NCBI GenBank assembly: GCA_012295275.1
Contig: CM022672.1
Span: 5,456,001-5,520,000 of the forward strand
Length of the DNA: 64,000 nt
Source of the DNA: Chrysomallon squamiferum
Lineage: Eukaryota; Animalia; Mollusca
Reading direction: 5' to 3'
Positions 1 through 13,626 of the stretch are shown here, one piece after another. A program made the translations under genes and the position numbers. Every line of letters begins with the position of its first letter. Within the stretch, counting starts at the first letter, position 1. The notes under the pieces are model-generated. The model saw nothing but the letters and a program-made list of their open reading frames with translations. It was not told where the DNA came from and did not search any database.

Positions 1-3000
1 AATCTTTGATAAGCTGTTCGCTGAATTTGAACTAAGGTAACCCTTTTTTTATATTACAAACATAGTCACACAAAAAACAAACATAATTGCCATAATACAT
101 TATACACTTACAGTTGTTAAAATCAGAACATGATTAGTGGGGGAAAAAATTGTTTATTTTTTACAAATAATATATGTCTGGTTATTGTAGATTCTTTAGT
201 ACTTTGTTTTTCAACAAAAATATATTTAATACTGATTATTTCAAAAAGCTGAATAGATTTCTACATTAATATTAATTATGACTGCATTTATATTTGAAAT
301 ATTTAATGTGGAATATCAGTTTTTAAGGTTTCACAACTGGAGTACTATAACATTGTTAACAAAGAAAGATAATTTTCCTGCTGGAAGTAGATATTTGTAA
401 TGTTAATACATATTATTAAATAAAAGTTTTAATATTTTAAATGAATTAAGATTTTGTGTTTACAGTTACGTGAGTGCTATGGTACCTGTGAAAACAATGA
501 AGGAGTATGATACAATACAAGAAATGACAGTGTTGTATTCAGAAACTGTTGCCAGGTAACATATTAAACATTTTTTGATTTTTGTAAATACCATTTTTCG
601 AGATTACTGTGATTATAATTCTTTCAGAATGTTTGAAATGCTTTGTTGCTACATAACAAAAACAGTAAAGATTGTTTATTCATTTTCTTACATTGTGTAT
701 TCTTTCAGAGCTGTTCGACTTGGACATTTGAAACAAGAAGTGATTGATGAATATGATCCAGCACTCATGTTTACCATTCCTAGACTTGCCATAGTCTGGT
801 ATGTAATTCAAAATATATTATTATAATATAATCTGTAATGTATTTCTTCATCAAGCTAGTAGCAGTATTTCTTTGTTTTTAGTCTTTTTTATATGTGTAT
901 TGATTTAAAATTTTCAACTTTTTTAACATTTTGTTCTGTTTCAGTGGATTGTTGATATACCCAGAAGGACCTTTGAATCCAGATAATGATCCATGGAACA
1001 TGTCTGATATGTTTAGACCATTCCAAACCCTGCTTTTCAAAATAAGGTAAAAACTGTTGAGTTTTTTATTATTGTACTTTAATAGTTGTTCTTTGTTTAT
1101 GCTAAATTAATTATATTCTGAACATGTGGTAAGTCTGAAATACATTGATGTTTTGAAAAATACAAATTCTTTTTTTCTTAAATGGATTGAGATGAAGCAA
1201 AACTAAAATAATTGTATTTGTTTGGTGACATTTGTTTAAGAATATTGTAATTCTTTTTCATAATTTCTCACCATTCCCAGACCAAATTATATATTTTCAA
1301 ATTTATATGAATTTACCCCAGTAATGTTTTTTTTTTTTTTTTTTTTTTTTATGCCTTATTTTAAAAATAGAACCTTTTGACAATTAGTTCATAAAACTGT
1401 TAACAAATTTAATTCGTATTTGTTTTAGGGAACTGTTGTATACTTTGTCTAAAGAAGAGCTTTTCATGTTGGAAAAAGCTCTCTGCAGTGCTGAGGAACC
1501 TGACTTTCTGTCAAAATTATCATCCGAGACTGACAATGGCAATGGTCAAACTGACACGATCGAGAGTTCAGGATATCAGTATTTGTACGAAGAAACTTTC
1601 AGCGAACCTTTCATTGTTCACACTCCAAATTCTGGAAGTCCTGTTACACCAACTGCTCAGAAAGATTTTGTTGCTGGAACAATGTCTAACTCCTCATCAT
1701 GCATGACTGTCGTTGAACGATCCAGGCATGACAGTACTGAAGAAAAGGACTTCTTTGAGGACAATGAAAAATGTGATATTGATAGTTGTGATAGGGAGGG
1801 TTTGGGTGAGGATGTCAGCAGTTCTGACTCGATGCACATTGGCGAAGAACAGTCCTCGATGTTCAGTGCAGCTGGGGAGGCTCAGATGTCTGACAATGAT
1901 GAAAGTAGCACTGATTTCAGAAGTGGATATGATTCTTCTTTAATTAATGGTAACAACACGAGCTTGTCTATAGTTAGTATGTGTGCTGACATAGTAAATG
2001 ATATTGTCAACAGGTCTGTTCCTTCCAACGAAGCCTTAAGAAAGAGAACCATTGTTTCTGATTATTCTTGCCGATCTTCCACCAGTAGTGAAAATCAGAC
2101 TTCACCTGCAAAAAGTAAAAGATCAAAATGCAGAAAATACTCAAAGAAGAAAGCTTCATCTGCCAGTGCTAATGTTCCCATGGCAGATCACGCTGAATGC
2201 TCTGCCATTATGGGACAGAACTCTCAATATCCTGAAACCACTGTTTCTGATACTCCTGAATACATCCGCTCAGAAAGTTCTAATAATGAAAGACATGAAA
2301 ATGTCTGTGCAGATGTTGATATTTCTAATAATACTGCTGTGTCCCAACAAAGTGTATTTCATGCCACTAGTAATCCATCTTTAGTTGTTGATGACAGTGA
2401 AATAACTACTGAAAGACTTAACATTGAGCCAAATACTTCTGTTAGACAAGATGATGTGCCTGCTTCGAAAACTAAAAACTCTCAGTCTGATCAAATATTT
2501 GGAAGAGACAAAAGAAACGGTTCCTTTTCTGGCACCAATCCTTTCGATAAAATCACCACCAAGACAACAGCACCTTGTGATGGCATGGAGAATAACTGCA
2601 TTGATTCCTTGGCTGTTCCCAGCATCCACCAGCTGAGGTATGCTGAAAGTCTGAGCAGCTGCTCCAGTTTTAAAAGTGTCTCAAGTATTGCCAGTGATTG
2701 TGAATGGGACCGTGAAAGGTATATAAATATAAGAGTTTAAATTGTGTGTATTAATATTTTATTATATTAAAATTATTTGTAACATACCTGTCTTAACATT
2801 TTACATTAATTTATACTGAATTTCAATGAATACCTGTAAACCTGTATTGGTCTCATATTTAATATTCTAGCTGTGCAAGTAGTGAGACAAGTTCCTACAA
2901 TTCTGAATGTCATGATGATGAGGAAATAGCTCTTGCTATCCAAGCAGCCGAACTGGCATCCAGAAATGAAGCTAGGTTACGCTTTCGAAGCAGCAATGAC

Positions 3001-4352
3001 ATGATTCACAGACTTTTTGTCTGTATATCAGGTTGGTTAAACATATCTGCTTATAATTTATCTAGTGCTGTAGTTATGATTGTTTAAAAGGATGAAATTT
3101 TTAAAATTTATTCTAAAAACAGTTTTTAAATTATTTATATTTATATGAACCCCACCCTCAGTTTTTTGAGAAGATGTCATTTTTTTTAATTTTTTTTTTC
3201 TTCTTTGGCTGGTGAAATACATTTGTATTTATGATTTTGAAAGATTTTTTTTAAATTTCACTTAGATGTATCTAAAGATGTTTGTATTCATTTTTTCAGG
3301 TGTTGCTGATCAGCTTCAGACCAACTTTGCTAGTGACCTGCGAAACATTCTGAGGGCTGTGTTTGATCTGAATTGTTCTGAACCACTGATTGTTGCAGAT
3401 AACAAAAAGGAGATGAGGACTGGATTAGCCAACAACATAAATCACTCAAACGAAGGAAGTACTGACAGGAATAATGGACAACGACATAGTTACACTGGGA
3501 ACCAGCGTATTAGACAGAACCAAGGTAATTAAAACCTTTACAGAATATTTCTTATATTGAATTCTTTTTAATTTATTTATTTCTTTTTTTCCCCCAGTAT
3601 TTTATCAAAAATATTGGATTGTTTTTGGTGGTGTTTTTATTGATATCATTATCACCATTATCATAATCATCATTTCTGTATTTATTTAATATTTTATCAT
3701 CTATTTGTATCTGAATGGATACATTAATAATTTAAAATCATTTATGCATTTGTCTTACATAAACAAAGGACAGAGTGAATGTACGCTTGCGAAACATAAG
3801 ATTTTATGAAAGCATTTAAATTAATTTCTCTTCCCATTAGAACCACCTGAATGGATTCCTGATGAAATGTCACCAACCTGTATGGCTTGTGCTGTGCCTT
3901 TTACCTTTGTTCGACGTAGGCACCACTGTAGAAACTGTGGAAAGGTTTGTATTTAGTGCTGTTCAATTTAATTTCACAGTAGAATTACTAAATTCTTGTT
4001 TGGCAAAATGTTAAATATCAGTTATGGTAAAAATAAAAATTTCAAATCACAGTTTCATGGAAACGTATGTGTGTGTGTTTCTGTGTCTCACTGATTCAGA
4101 ATACATTTCTCTTTAACTGGTTTTACTAAATATTAATATATTGAATCTCGTTATATATATAATTTTCAGTGAAGTGCATGTTACTATAATCCAGCATCAT
4201 ATATAGCTCACATTATTCATTTTCAGATTTTCTGCAGTCGATGCTCATCCAATGCTGTTCCATTGCCTCACTTTGGTCAACTGAAGCCAGTTAGAGTGTG
4301 TAATATTTGTTTTATGTTTCAAGTGACACCCTTCACCATGGCAACAACATAG
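1..4352 (+). CDS. ZFYVE28: Lateral signaling target protein 2 homolog (FYVE-domain protein), 5'-truncated. Exons <1-36, 466-555, 709-798, 945-1046, 1429-2718, 2871-3031, 3300-3524, 3841-3944, 4227-4352
   Basis: All introns GT-AG with consistent phases. Lst2 motifs [50 protein letters not shown] and [32 protein letters not shown]-terminal FYVE domain with WIPDE...[18 protein letters not shown]...RVC. Stop TAG at 4350-4352. Confidence 0.95.
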
Positions 4353-6993
4353 TGCATATACATTAACAGTGACAACTTAACTATTTAAAAAAAAAAAAAA
4401 AAAAAAAACAACACGCAACTGGAACCTCAAAATTGTGTAAAAAGCTTTATATTACAAGAGTATTTTTGTGGCATTCAAAAAGTTTCATGAAATATTTGAA
4501 ATTAGTACATATTAAAAAAAGAATACTTTTGTCAGTATGTCAGCATTAAGATCAAAAGCAAACATACACAAGAATCATGATTTATTGTTATTAAGTAGAG
4601 ATTATCATTAGTTGACAATAATAGTTTTAAAGCCAGTTTTTAATTCGGTTTTATACTCTTTTTAACAAAATAAGTACTGGATGCAGAAGGTTTTCTGTTT
4701 GAAAACTGAAATGTTGACAGCAGTTTGGAATATATTATTTTACCTTATCTTGAAAGATGAATGAAAAGGAAGAAACAGAAAGTAGTCTTTAGATTATTTA
4801 ACTAATACGGTTGTAGTGTTTCCATCTGTAATGAAATGGATAACCTGTTAATCAAGAAATTAATTAGTAGACTAGTGTACTTCATTTTAACTCTACACCT
4901 TTATTTATGTTTCAGTAGTCAATTATTTAGTTACAGCACATAAAATGCATTTTCATGTCTCACACCAGTCTCATATTATCAGTCACAATCATGCACTAAT
5001 TGTTGTCTTTATATCTCATTACTTTTATTTAATTATATTATATATTATTTTAGTTATGGTGTTTTATTTTTATTATTATTTTATTTTTTTTTGTGATATG
5101 ATTTCACATTGATGATACTGCCACATTTAAATTAAGTAACCAATACTGACATAAATGAAGCTGACTATTTTGAATCTCAACTGTAAAGATAATAAATTTG
5201 CTTTTATCTGGCCATTATCTTCAACAAGCAAATAAAGTTTGTGTATACATTATTTAATATGAACACTTTTATAAATACAGGAGGACAGGTTCCAGTCTCT
5301 ACTGTTTAATTACAGGGTTACAATATTTTTCTCACTGACTAAACTGCTGATAAAACAATTTTAGGGCTAGTAGCAATAGTATATCCTTCATTATTATTAT
5401 TATTTTATTTTTAGGTCTCATATTAAACAAGTATTCCTTAAATTTTACTTACAGCACAAGTCTTTTTTCTTTATTACTATTACTATTATTATTATTATTT
5501 GGGAGGGAATGAAGAAATCACTGTCATTAATTTCAGTTTTTTGCTGTTTACTTTCAATTTTATTATAAGTAACAGTCTCCTTCCATAGCATAGATATTGT
5601 TTTTACATTGTTATTACTAGATGGTACTAAAATACAGTGCAGTTGTCTAATCTCTGTAATCGAATATCTTTTTTCTTATTTTAAAAATAAAATGTAGCTT
5701 GCTTGACATTTGAAGTGAAATGTTGCAACATATAAAATGAATAATTTTTCTAATAAGAAAGTAAAATTATGTCACATGGCAGATTTATAAGTGTTGCTCT
5801 GTATTAAGCACATTTTCTGCACCTTTTTCACACTGGTTGATAATGTATTTGAAGTGGAATAGTTACTAATATTAATTTCTACGAAAGCTTCTGTAACTTT
5901 TGAAGATCAAGATACTTGCAACTGAATAACTCAAAATATATGATGTAATTTAATTAGTACAAGTAATGTATATATCAGATGTTTTGTTTAGGGCTTCTTT
6001 TTTGTGATTTTAGTTCATTTTTTTTATTTATATTTTAGAGGGTGAATATGGATGACGTTTCACTAAATATTACATACATTACTGTTTTGTTTTACAATTG
6101 TTCATTTTTTTTATTTTTTTTCTTAAGTTTGTTATTTTTATTTTTATTCCTTTTTTTTTTATTTTTTTTCCCTTAAATTTAAATATGCTCATTGGAGGAA
6201 AATAAAATTACACTAATGCTTGGTCTTTCAGCTGACATTTTATTACTGAAGACAGTTCACAGATTTGTCCATATTAGTTAAAACTGAACACTGTATTTTA
6301 ATTGTAGATAAACATTATAAAGTATGAAGTGCTTTTATTATTGTATTTGTTAATCAGAAAAAATGTATATGTATAACAAAAAGTAATAAATTATGTTTTT
6401 ATACCATTAATATATTTGTTGTATTATACTATTTCTATCACTTCAAAATGTAAAAATTTTAAGACTTTCAAATAATAATAATACAATTATTATCAAGAGT
6501 AACGTTATTTAAAACATCCTTTGTATACTGCAGTTTATATTATTAATTTACAAGAACATGAATGCATATTTACTTTTACTCTTATTTACTTACCTCTGTT
6601 TCTTTTCTATCATTTTTATTAATTACTATTTAATTTTTATTGTTATTTCTGTTATGTATAATTTATTTTATTATTTATTTGTTACGAAAAGACAAGTTAA
6701 AGCAGATTCATTAATACTTTATTTTTTAATTTTGTTGCATGCTGCCTTAATATCCAGTACAGGTCATCTATCAAAATTACAATGTAATCTGACTGGGTTA
6801 CATTGTCTTCTGTTTGTTATTCTTTCACCTGCTGAAATTATAGTGTTCTCTGCTCAGATTTGCAGAAACAATTATGTCTGCCCAATTTGTTGTATTATCT
6901 GCAGAAACTAACATTATATGCATAATTGTAAATATGAAAGACAGAGGACTCTAGAGCAGTTGTTCAGTCCTGGAATAAGCAGAGTTTGTGGAT

Positions 6994-8183
6994 TTATTTG
7001 GCATCTATTTTCACTGTCTTGTCTTCTGTAGGATTTAAAAATTCTTTATCATCCACATCTGTCATATTCATACATTCAGCTATAGCCGAGTTGGGAACCT
7101 TAATAAAAAAAAAGTAAAAAACGTGTGTGTTTAATCAAGTTTCAAACATAAGTTAAATGGTTTTACATAAAATAAATTTAAATTTTTATTTCTGACACTA
7201 CATTATAAGTAGGATTCCGTGGCAATAATAAATACTGAAGAAGAAGAAGAAAAAAAGATATTCAATAGCATCATTTCCAGTTAAAAGACAATGTTCTACA
7301 GGCAGCAGTATATGTAAACAATACTTCTGGAATACAGACTTGTAAACAATAATGTATCAACAAATTCAGTTTCATTTGAGAAGAAAACAATATTATACCA
7401 GCTAAACAGGCCTACAAAAATGCTTGCACACGTGTGTACACGAGAGGGACATACCTTGACGAGTGGTGTGTACTGGGGATGATGGTGTTTGATCACAGGG
7501 TTGTTACTGGCTTTGTTGTAAGCACACAGAAATGCCCACCGTCTGTCAGGACTGTTGTTTGCATTTGAAGTGTGTAGCAGATTACAGTGAAAAAACAGAG
7601 CATCTCCTAAAACAGGTTTTTTTTATACATCAGTACATTTATATACTGACGTGTCAAACTTCTTATACATGTATTCTGATGGTATGGTAAAAAAAAAAAA
7701 AAAAAAAAAAAAAAATGGTTGCAGCTATTTCTTAACAGATACTAGACTATACATCTTTCTTTTTAAAACAAAGTGCTTCGTTTTATCTTGCTTTTTATTA
7801 AAATGCAATAAGATAACAATAATAAAATATGTTTAAAAAAAGAAAAAAAAGCTTCAAATAGATAAATTATTACTTTTTTTATAGTATACGTGATAACAGA
7901 AGCACCTGTCACTTTCAGACAAACAGGAGAAACCTTCAGTTTATCTAACTTTTGATCTTATTCTGTTACCAGCTTTGTGCTATACATTTGCTTTGGGATT
8001 ATTTCTTTTAAACTTAAGTTGTTTACTTATGTCACTCTTACCAGTTTATTTTGACCTTACTCACGATGTCTTACTAGTTTACACATCTGACCTGTGAAGT
8101 ACTACACGATTATGCAGTTTATGTACATTGTGATCAGCAGGTCATGTACGATTTCACGCAATGTATACTGCACTGTTTATAAG

Positions 8184-8214
<31 letters not shown>

Positions 8215-10104
8215 CATTGTGACATTCTTACCAGGCTGCATTTCAACATAAAGATGTTCCAATTTCTTTTCCAGTTCCTTTACTCTTTCAAGGTCTGCAC
8301 CCTGCTGGGACCCCACAAAATCGTGATCAATACGCCCACATTTCTGCGACTCCTCTAGTATCTGCAACAACATTGTTTTGCTGATAATACCATAGGAAAA
8401 GAAATAGACGTGGAAATATATAAATAAATTAAAAATATATAAAAATAAAAAAGTTAAACAAAATAAAATAAAATAAAGTTAGAATGAAACGAGGCTTGAG
8501 TATGCTAATGCTACAGAAAAAAAAAAAAAACACCACAAAAACCAAACATTCTCAAACATGATCATAACTGTAAAAGAATTTGTCAATTTCGATAAAACAA
8601 ACAAACAAAAAAACAACAACAAAACAAACAAACTAAAAAACGATTTGGATGATGACGACTGCGACTTTAACGAGAGAGAAAGATAATACTCCAGATAATA
8701 TTAAAATATTAAAAGTTCTTAATTTTATTATTATTTTACTGGTGTTGTTTTTTCCCCCATTTCTTCTGCGAAAATTCAAAATTTAAAAACTCTTTAGTAT
8801 ATTTAGTCTAACCTCAAGACAACCGTTTCCTTTGTGACATCTATCAATTGCAATGAAGACAGTCATCATATCGGGAAAGAGACAACCATTTTTGTACCAG
8901 TATCTGTCGAACGAGTGAATGACTTATTAAATAACTGCACTGCATTAATCAGAAAGCTCCATGAAAACAAAATATACAAAATATAAAATATTATTTATTA
9001 ATGTTTTTTTTTTTTTTTGTGAATTAGAAAATTATTTCTAACCCATAATCTTGATGCCAGAGATGTCGTCCACCTGTTCGTGCTTCCTTCATCATTAATT
9101 TTGTGTGGTAATGATACACTTCTCCACCAAGAAGCTGTATTTAGAAATTATTTATTTATTTACATGTATTTACAGTTTGTCTAAATATAATAACTGCATT
9201 TTTAACCATCTCATAAAACAAACAAAATACTTAAGCTTTATTATTAATAATAACATCATTATAAACATCGGCATCAATACTTATGTGAAACATTTATACA
9301 TACATTAATTCGTCCTTCAGAAACATACGTTTCATCCTTGTATTAATTTATAACTTACTTTTTAAAAATAATAATATTTTGTAAAATGTAGTAAGACAAT
9401 AATAATAATAATAAAATTACTAAAAAAAAAAAAAAAAAAAAAAAATACCTTTTCACAAGTTCCAACCACCTTCTCACAACGACCTACCATACCAGTGACG
9501 TCATTTCCTGGATGACTCCACAAACACATCTTACTCTTACGATCATGTCCATCTGATATCTTCAAACAAATTAAAAATGGTATATAAATAAATAAACAAA
9601 TAAACAAATAAATAATTTAATTAAATATACTGTTTATGCCCTTAAGCAATGTATTGTGATGAGACAAAAAGAGAGATACTGAGAGAATTTATTTAAGTAC
9701 ATGACTGTAGTTTTATTTATTATAACGTGTTATTTTTCTCATTTAGAAATAATAACACTGCTTCTTTAAGATACCATTATAACAACCCAAAAAAAAAAAA
9801 AAAAACAGTATCACATATAAAAAATGTTAATGAGTTGCACATTCGTGTTATAGAAATAGTAGTATATATATATAAACAATCATAAACGCGGGCAACATAA
9901 TCCAACTACTAACCAGATATGCATGCTTCATAATTGCGTCATTTCCCTCCAGAACTTCTTTAACTTTAGCCAATTCTTCTTTGTTAAAAAGCTTTCTGAA
10001 AAAATATTTTTCAAATTACTTTTTTTTTTTCCTTACAGTATAGTTGTTATAAAATGTATAATAAAAATACGTTCCTTCCTTACTTAGTTACTTATTTAAC
10101 TGGT

Positions 10105-10167
<63 letters not shown>

Positions 10168-10945
10168 CAAAATAAATAAATAAATAATAAATGTAGCTGT
10201 GCGTACCTTACAAGGATATAGCCTGCATCGTCGAAATCATTTTTCATTTTGTCAGTCACCACTAAATCCACCCCTTCCATCTGATATTCTGTTGAAACAA
10301 TACTCACTAGTTACAGTCAGTCGTGGAAATGGGAGGTTGTGTGTGGGTAAAAATGCGAATGTCTACTACTACTACTCGTGTTTCCAGAAGTACGTGTTGT
10401 TGTTCTTGTAGTTGTTTATATATTATTGTTATTTATTTATTATATTATTATTATTAATAATTAGATTCCTTTTTTCCCCCAGTTTAATGGCGACTGTTAT
10501 GAGCCATTCTTTGCCAATCAGTTAAAGCTAAATTACTAATAATATGTTCTAATATTTTTATAAAATTATTTCTTATAAATGTAAAGCAGAACTAGATAAC
10601 TAACATTTGTTTAGTAAAATTTCGTTTAATTTATACAGTGTAATACGAGAGAAGAAACACACTTCCGTTACACCAGAGTGTATACCTGTCAATCAACAGC
10701 AATGATAGTTGTATATACAGTTCGCCTTACTTAAATAAGAAATTGTAAAATTCTACCTTTGGTAATAAGAATGGGAGATGGTTAATGACGGTACCGACAA
10801 GAAGTGATCCTGCTTCTCATCGTGCCTCACAACATAAAACAACTGAGCTACAGCACACTGCCTAGATAACTGTATCTATCCGTGAACCAAATACTAATAT
10901 AATAAGTAACTATTGAATATTTATTTACCTACCTCTTAAAGGCAT
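6994..10945 (-). CDS. PhyH-family Fe(II)/2-oxoglutarate dioxygenase (L-proline trans-4-hydroxylase/ectoine hydroxylase-like), ~285 aa. Exons 10945-10933, 10288-10207, 9995-9914, 9559-9449, 9134-9043, 8903-8813, 8361-8232, 7606-7455, 7098-6994
   Basis: GT-AG introns; 858 nt in frame. Motifs [39 protein letters not shown] (HxD iron ligands), [29 protein letters not shown] (distal His) and SPDRRWAF (2OG-binding Arg). The 13-nt first coding exon (MPLR-E) is inferred from a phase-1 donor at 10932; an in-exon ATG at 10280 is the alternative start. Confidence 0.9.
10107..10165. repeat. (CT)n microsatellite
   Basis: Pure dinucleotide run. Confidence 0.95.
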
Positions 10946-12090
10946 TGTCTGTTTTATATTCTGCTGAAATAAAATAAAATAAAATAAAATAAAATAAAAT
11001 AATAAAATTTAAATACAATAAATAAATACATTCCTTTATAATTACAATTTGCATTCAGTTTTGTAGAACGACTATCACAATGTCAGTTGGAAAACTGTTT
11101 TATTCGATTTTGATACAAATAGATTTTAATTATTAAATGCAGACAACCTTGAAATTACTGGAGGAATTTTCTGTGTGTAGCGACTGCCGGGGCGCCTCTT
11201 GTAAAGACTGAATTGTAAATAACACTAGTGAATTTCAGACCGCATTTTAAGATAATAATATATGAAATTTATTTTATAAACATCGTACACAATTACTCAG
11301 TTGTTTGTAGTGGTAGTGGTATGTAGTAGTAGTAATAGCAGCAGCAGCAGTAGTATTAGTTGTAGCAGTAGTAGAAATAAAGACAAAATAATAATAATAA
11401 TAATAACAATAATAATAATAAAAATGCTGCTGCTGTTGACGATGATGATGATAATTAAAAAGAACAAGAAACAGATTCTGCAGGGAATGGAACACATTTT
11501 TAAATTATAATTATACTTAATAAAATAGCAGCAGCATTTTACTCACGACCTCAGCGGTTAAATTTACTAACACCATTGTAACCGAATACCATATTATATT
11601 TAAGTGCTATTTCCTCTGAATATATAAGCCGTTAGTTATGTGAGCTGCTGTGATATATCAGCATGTAATACACATGCAACAACGTTAGTTCCGATATAAT
11701 TTTCTACCTCGGTCCCGTTATATGCTGCGTTCTGGTTTTGTGGGCGTTTTTTTAAGATTCACTTTACCACACTCATACCTTCTTTGTCCTCTGCATACAA
11801 GCGTAATACGTTGTGTTGTATTTGATACGTTCTGTTTTCTTGTCTATTAATCTGATCTACAAAACTTTGACATAAAAAAAAGAGGTTTGATTCAGATAAT
11901 AACTGATGTGTACGTCACATCCGTTTTAAGCGCTTTATAGTTTTGAATGCACATAATTCATCCTTAATGCTAACAATTTGAAATCAGCTTGAATTTTAGA
12001 CGGTTCTACACATTTAATGTACACAATATCCATACAAATTATCACAAAAGTTTAATTCTTGATGAAAATATAAATATGTTTAGGATAGTT

Positions 12091-12093
<3 letters not shown>

Positions 12094-12153
<60 letters not shown>
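12094..12153. repeat. (GA)n microsatellite
   Basis: Pure dinucleotide run. Confidence 0.95.
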
Positions 12154-12154
<1 letters not shown>

Positions 12155-12239
12155 GTATGAAAAATAAAATAAAATCAAAATTACATGTAATTTAAAATTA
12201 CGTTATCTATTTTTATACACATAAGCCCCCAAACTACGA

Positions 12240-12311
12240 ATAAATGTGGGACGTACCCTTGAGGACAAAAGCCCCCCAGTGAAAAAACAAGGTAGGACAA
12301 AAGCCAGCAAT

Positions 12312-12398
<87 letters not shown>

Positions 12399-13051
12399 AA
12401 TAAATAAATAAATAAATGATAATAATAATTCGACAATTGTTTATTTTTTTCCCCTGATACCTAATTATCAAAACATGGAATTTACGTAATTAGTTATTCG
12501 CTGAAGTAAATTTGGGTGTGATCAGCTTTAATAACTGATTAACTTTAAAAGTAATTCACATTAGAATATAAATGACTTAGCATATCTTAAATTATTTTGT
12601 CATGAAGTTATAGCATCCAGTGACGTCTGGAGTTTTCGTCAGTTTTTGTCATTATTTTCGGAAATTATATTTAGTTTTCAAAACGGTGAAATTCCCCAAA
12701 TGTACTTAGCTACATTATCTCATTTCGTGACATGAATTCTGTCTTCAAATTGTATTCTTCATCTTAATTGTAATTATTATTGCAGTTGGTGTTCATGCTA
12801 TTATTACATATGCTGATTTTGATAAAGACGTATATGTATATAAGCTTTAATAAAGTGGTTGTTTGCAGTCCTACTATACATTCCATCTCTGGTGGGAGGG
12901 TGTGTCTTACCGTGTGTTTTTTTCACTCGAGAGCTTTGTTTTTTTTACCTTACCTTGACTTTTTACTGACGGGGCTTTTGTCGTACCCTGCAAATCCAGG
13001 GTCTTTTGCCCGTCTGTACATTTTTGGACTGGGGGGCTTTTGTCCTACATT
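12240..13051. mobile_element. Foldback/MITE-like element with inverted arms built of ~30-bp subrepeats, interrupted by (TAA)n
   Basis: Exact 19-bp inverted match AGGACAAAAGCCCCCCAGT 12262-12280 vs 13028-13046. The GGACAAAAGCC core recurs twice in the left arm and about four times (decayed) in the right arm. Confidence 0.65.
12314..12416. repeat. (TAA)n/(TAAA)n microsatellite
   Basis: Direct reading. Confidence 0.95.
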
Positions 13052-13626
13052 CATAGTGTGTCTGTGTGTGTTTCTTAAATGGATAAGAAGAAAATAATTT
13101 AATTGCAACTCAGCTATTATTCATACATCTAACGTTCCAATTAACGTATTTATACGGCAGCGCGTTGTTCGAATCGCCTTGAATATTGAACGCTTCCATT
13201 TAGATACCTGGGTGAAATCTCACTAAGTATAAACAATTCTCAATGAAAATCATTGACAGATAATAAAATAGTAAAGAAAATCTTTAGTGATTTTTAATAA
13301 ACGGTTAATGTTTTATTTTATTTATTTTCTGTTGATGTCAATCGTCGATCTCTTCCCCTCGCTTTAGTTATAGAATGATCCTTGATGAGCGGGATATACC
13401 AACGACCGCCACAGTACGATCGCAAAGCTAAGCGCGTTTGTGTATTGTTCGTTGTACTATTTCAGCAATATAGGACACAGTACATATTCAGTTTGGAAAA
13501 AAAAAAAAAAAAGGTAGGTCATATAAAGTACAAATAGTTAGGCAGAAATCCTATTCTTTTTGCAGAAAAAATTAACTGAAACAAGCGCATCTGTTACCGG
13601 TTAAAATAATACAAGCGACATAATTA

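Noticed and set aside
11274-12436. ORF-track calls with poly-L/I/Y/ER runs (also 10104, 14155, 26598, 30842, 52562)
   Set aside because: These are translations of microsatellites and low-complexity DNA; only 10207-10288 of the 10104 ORF is a real exon.
13168-13176. GTTCGAATC, tRNA B-box-like
   Set aside because: No A box, cloverleaf or T-stem pairing around it.
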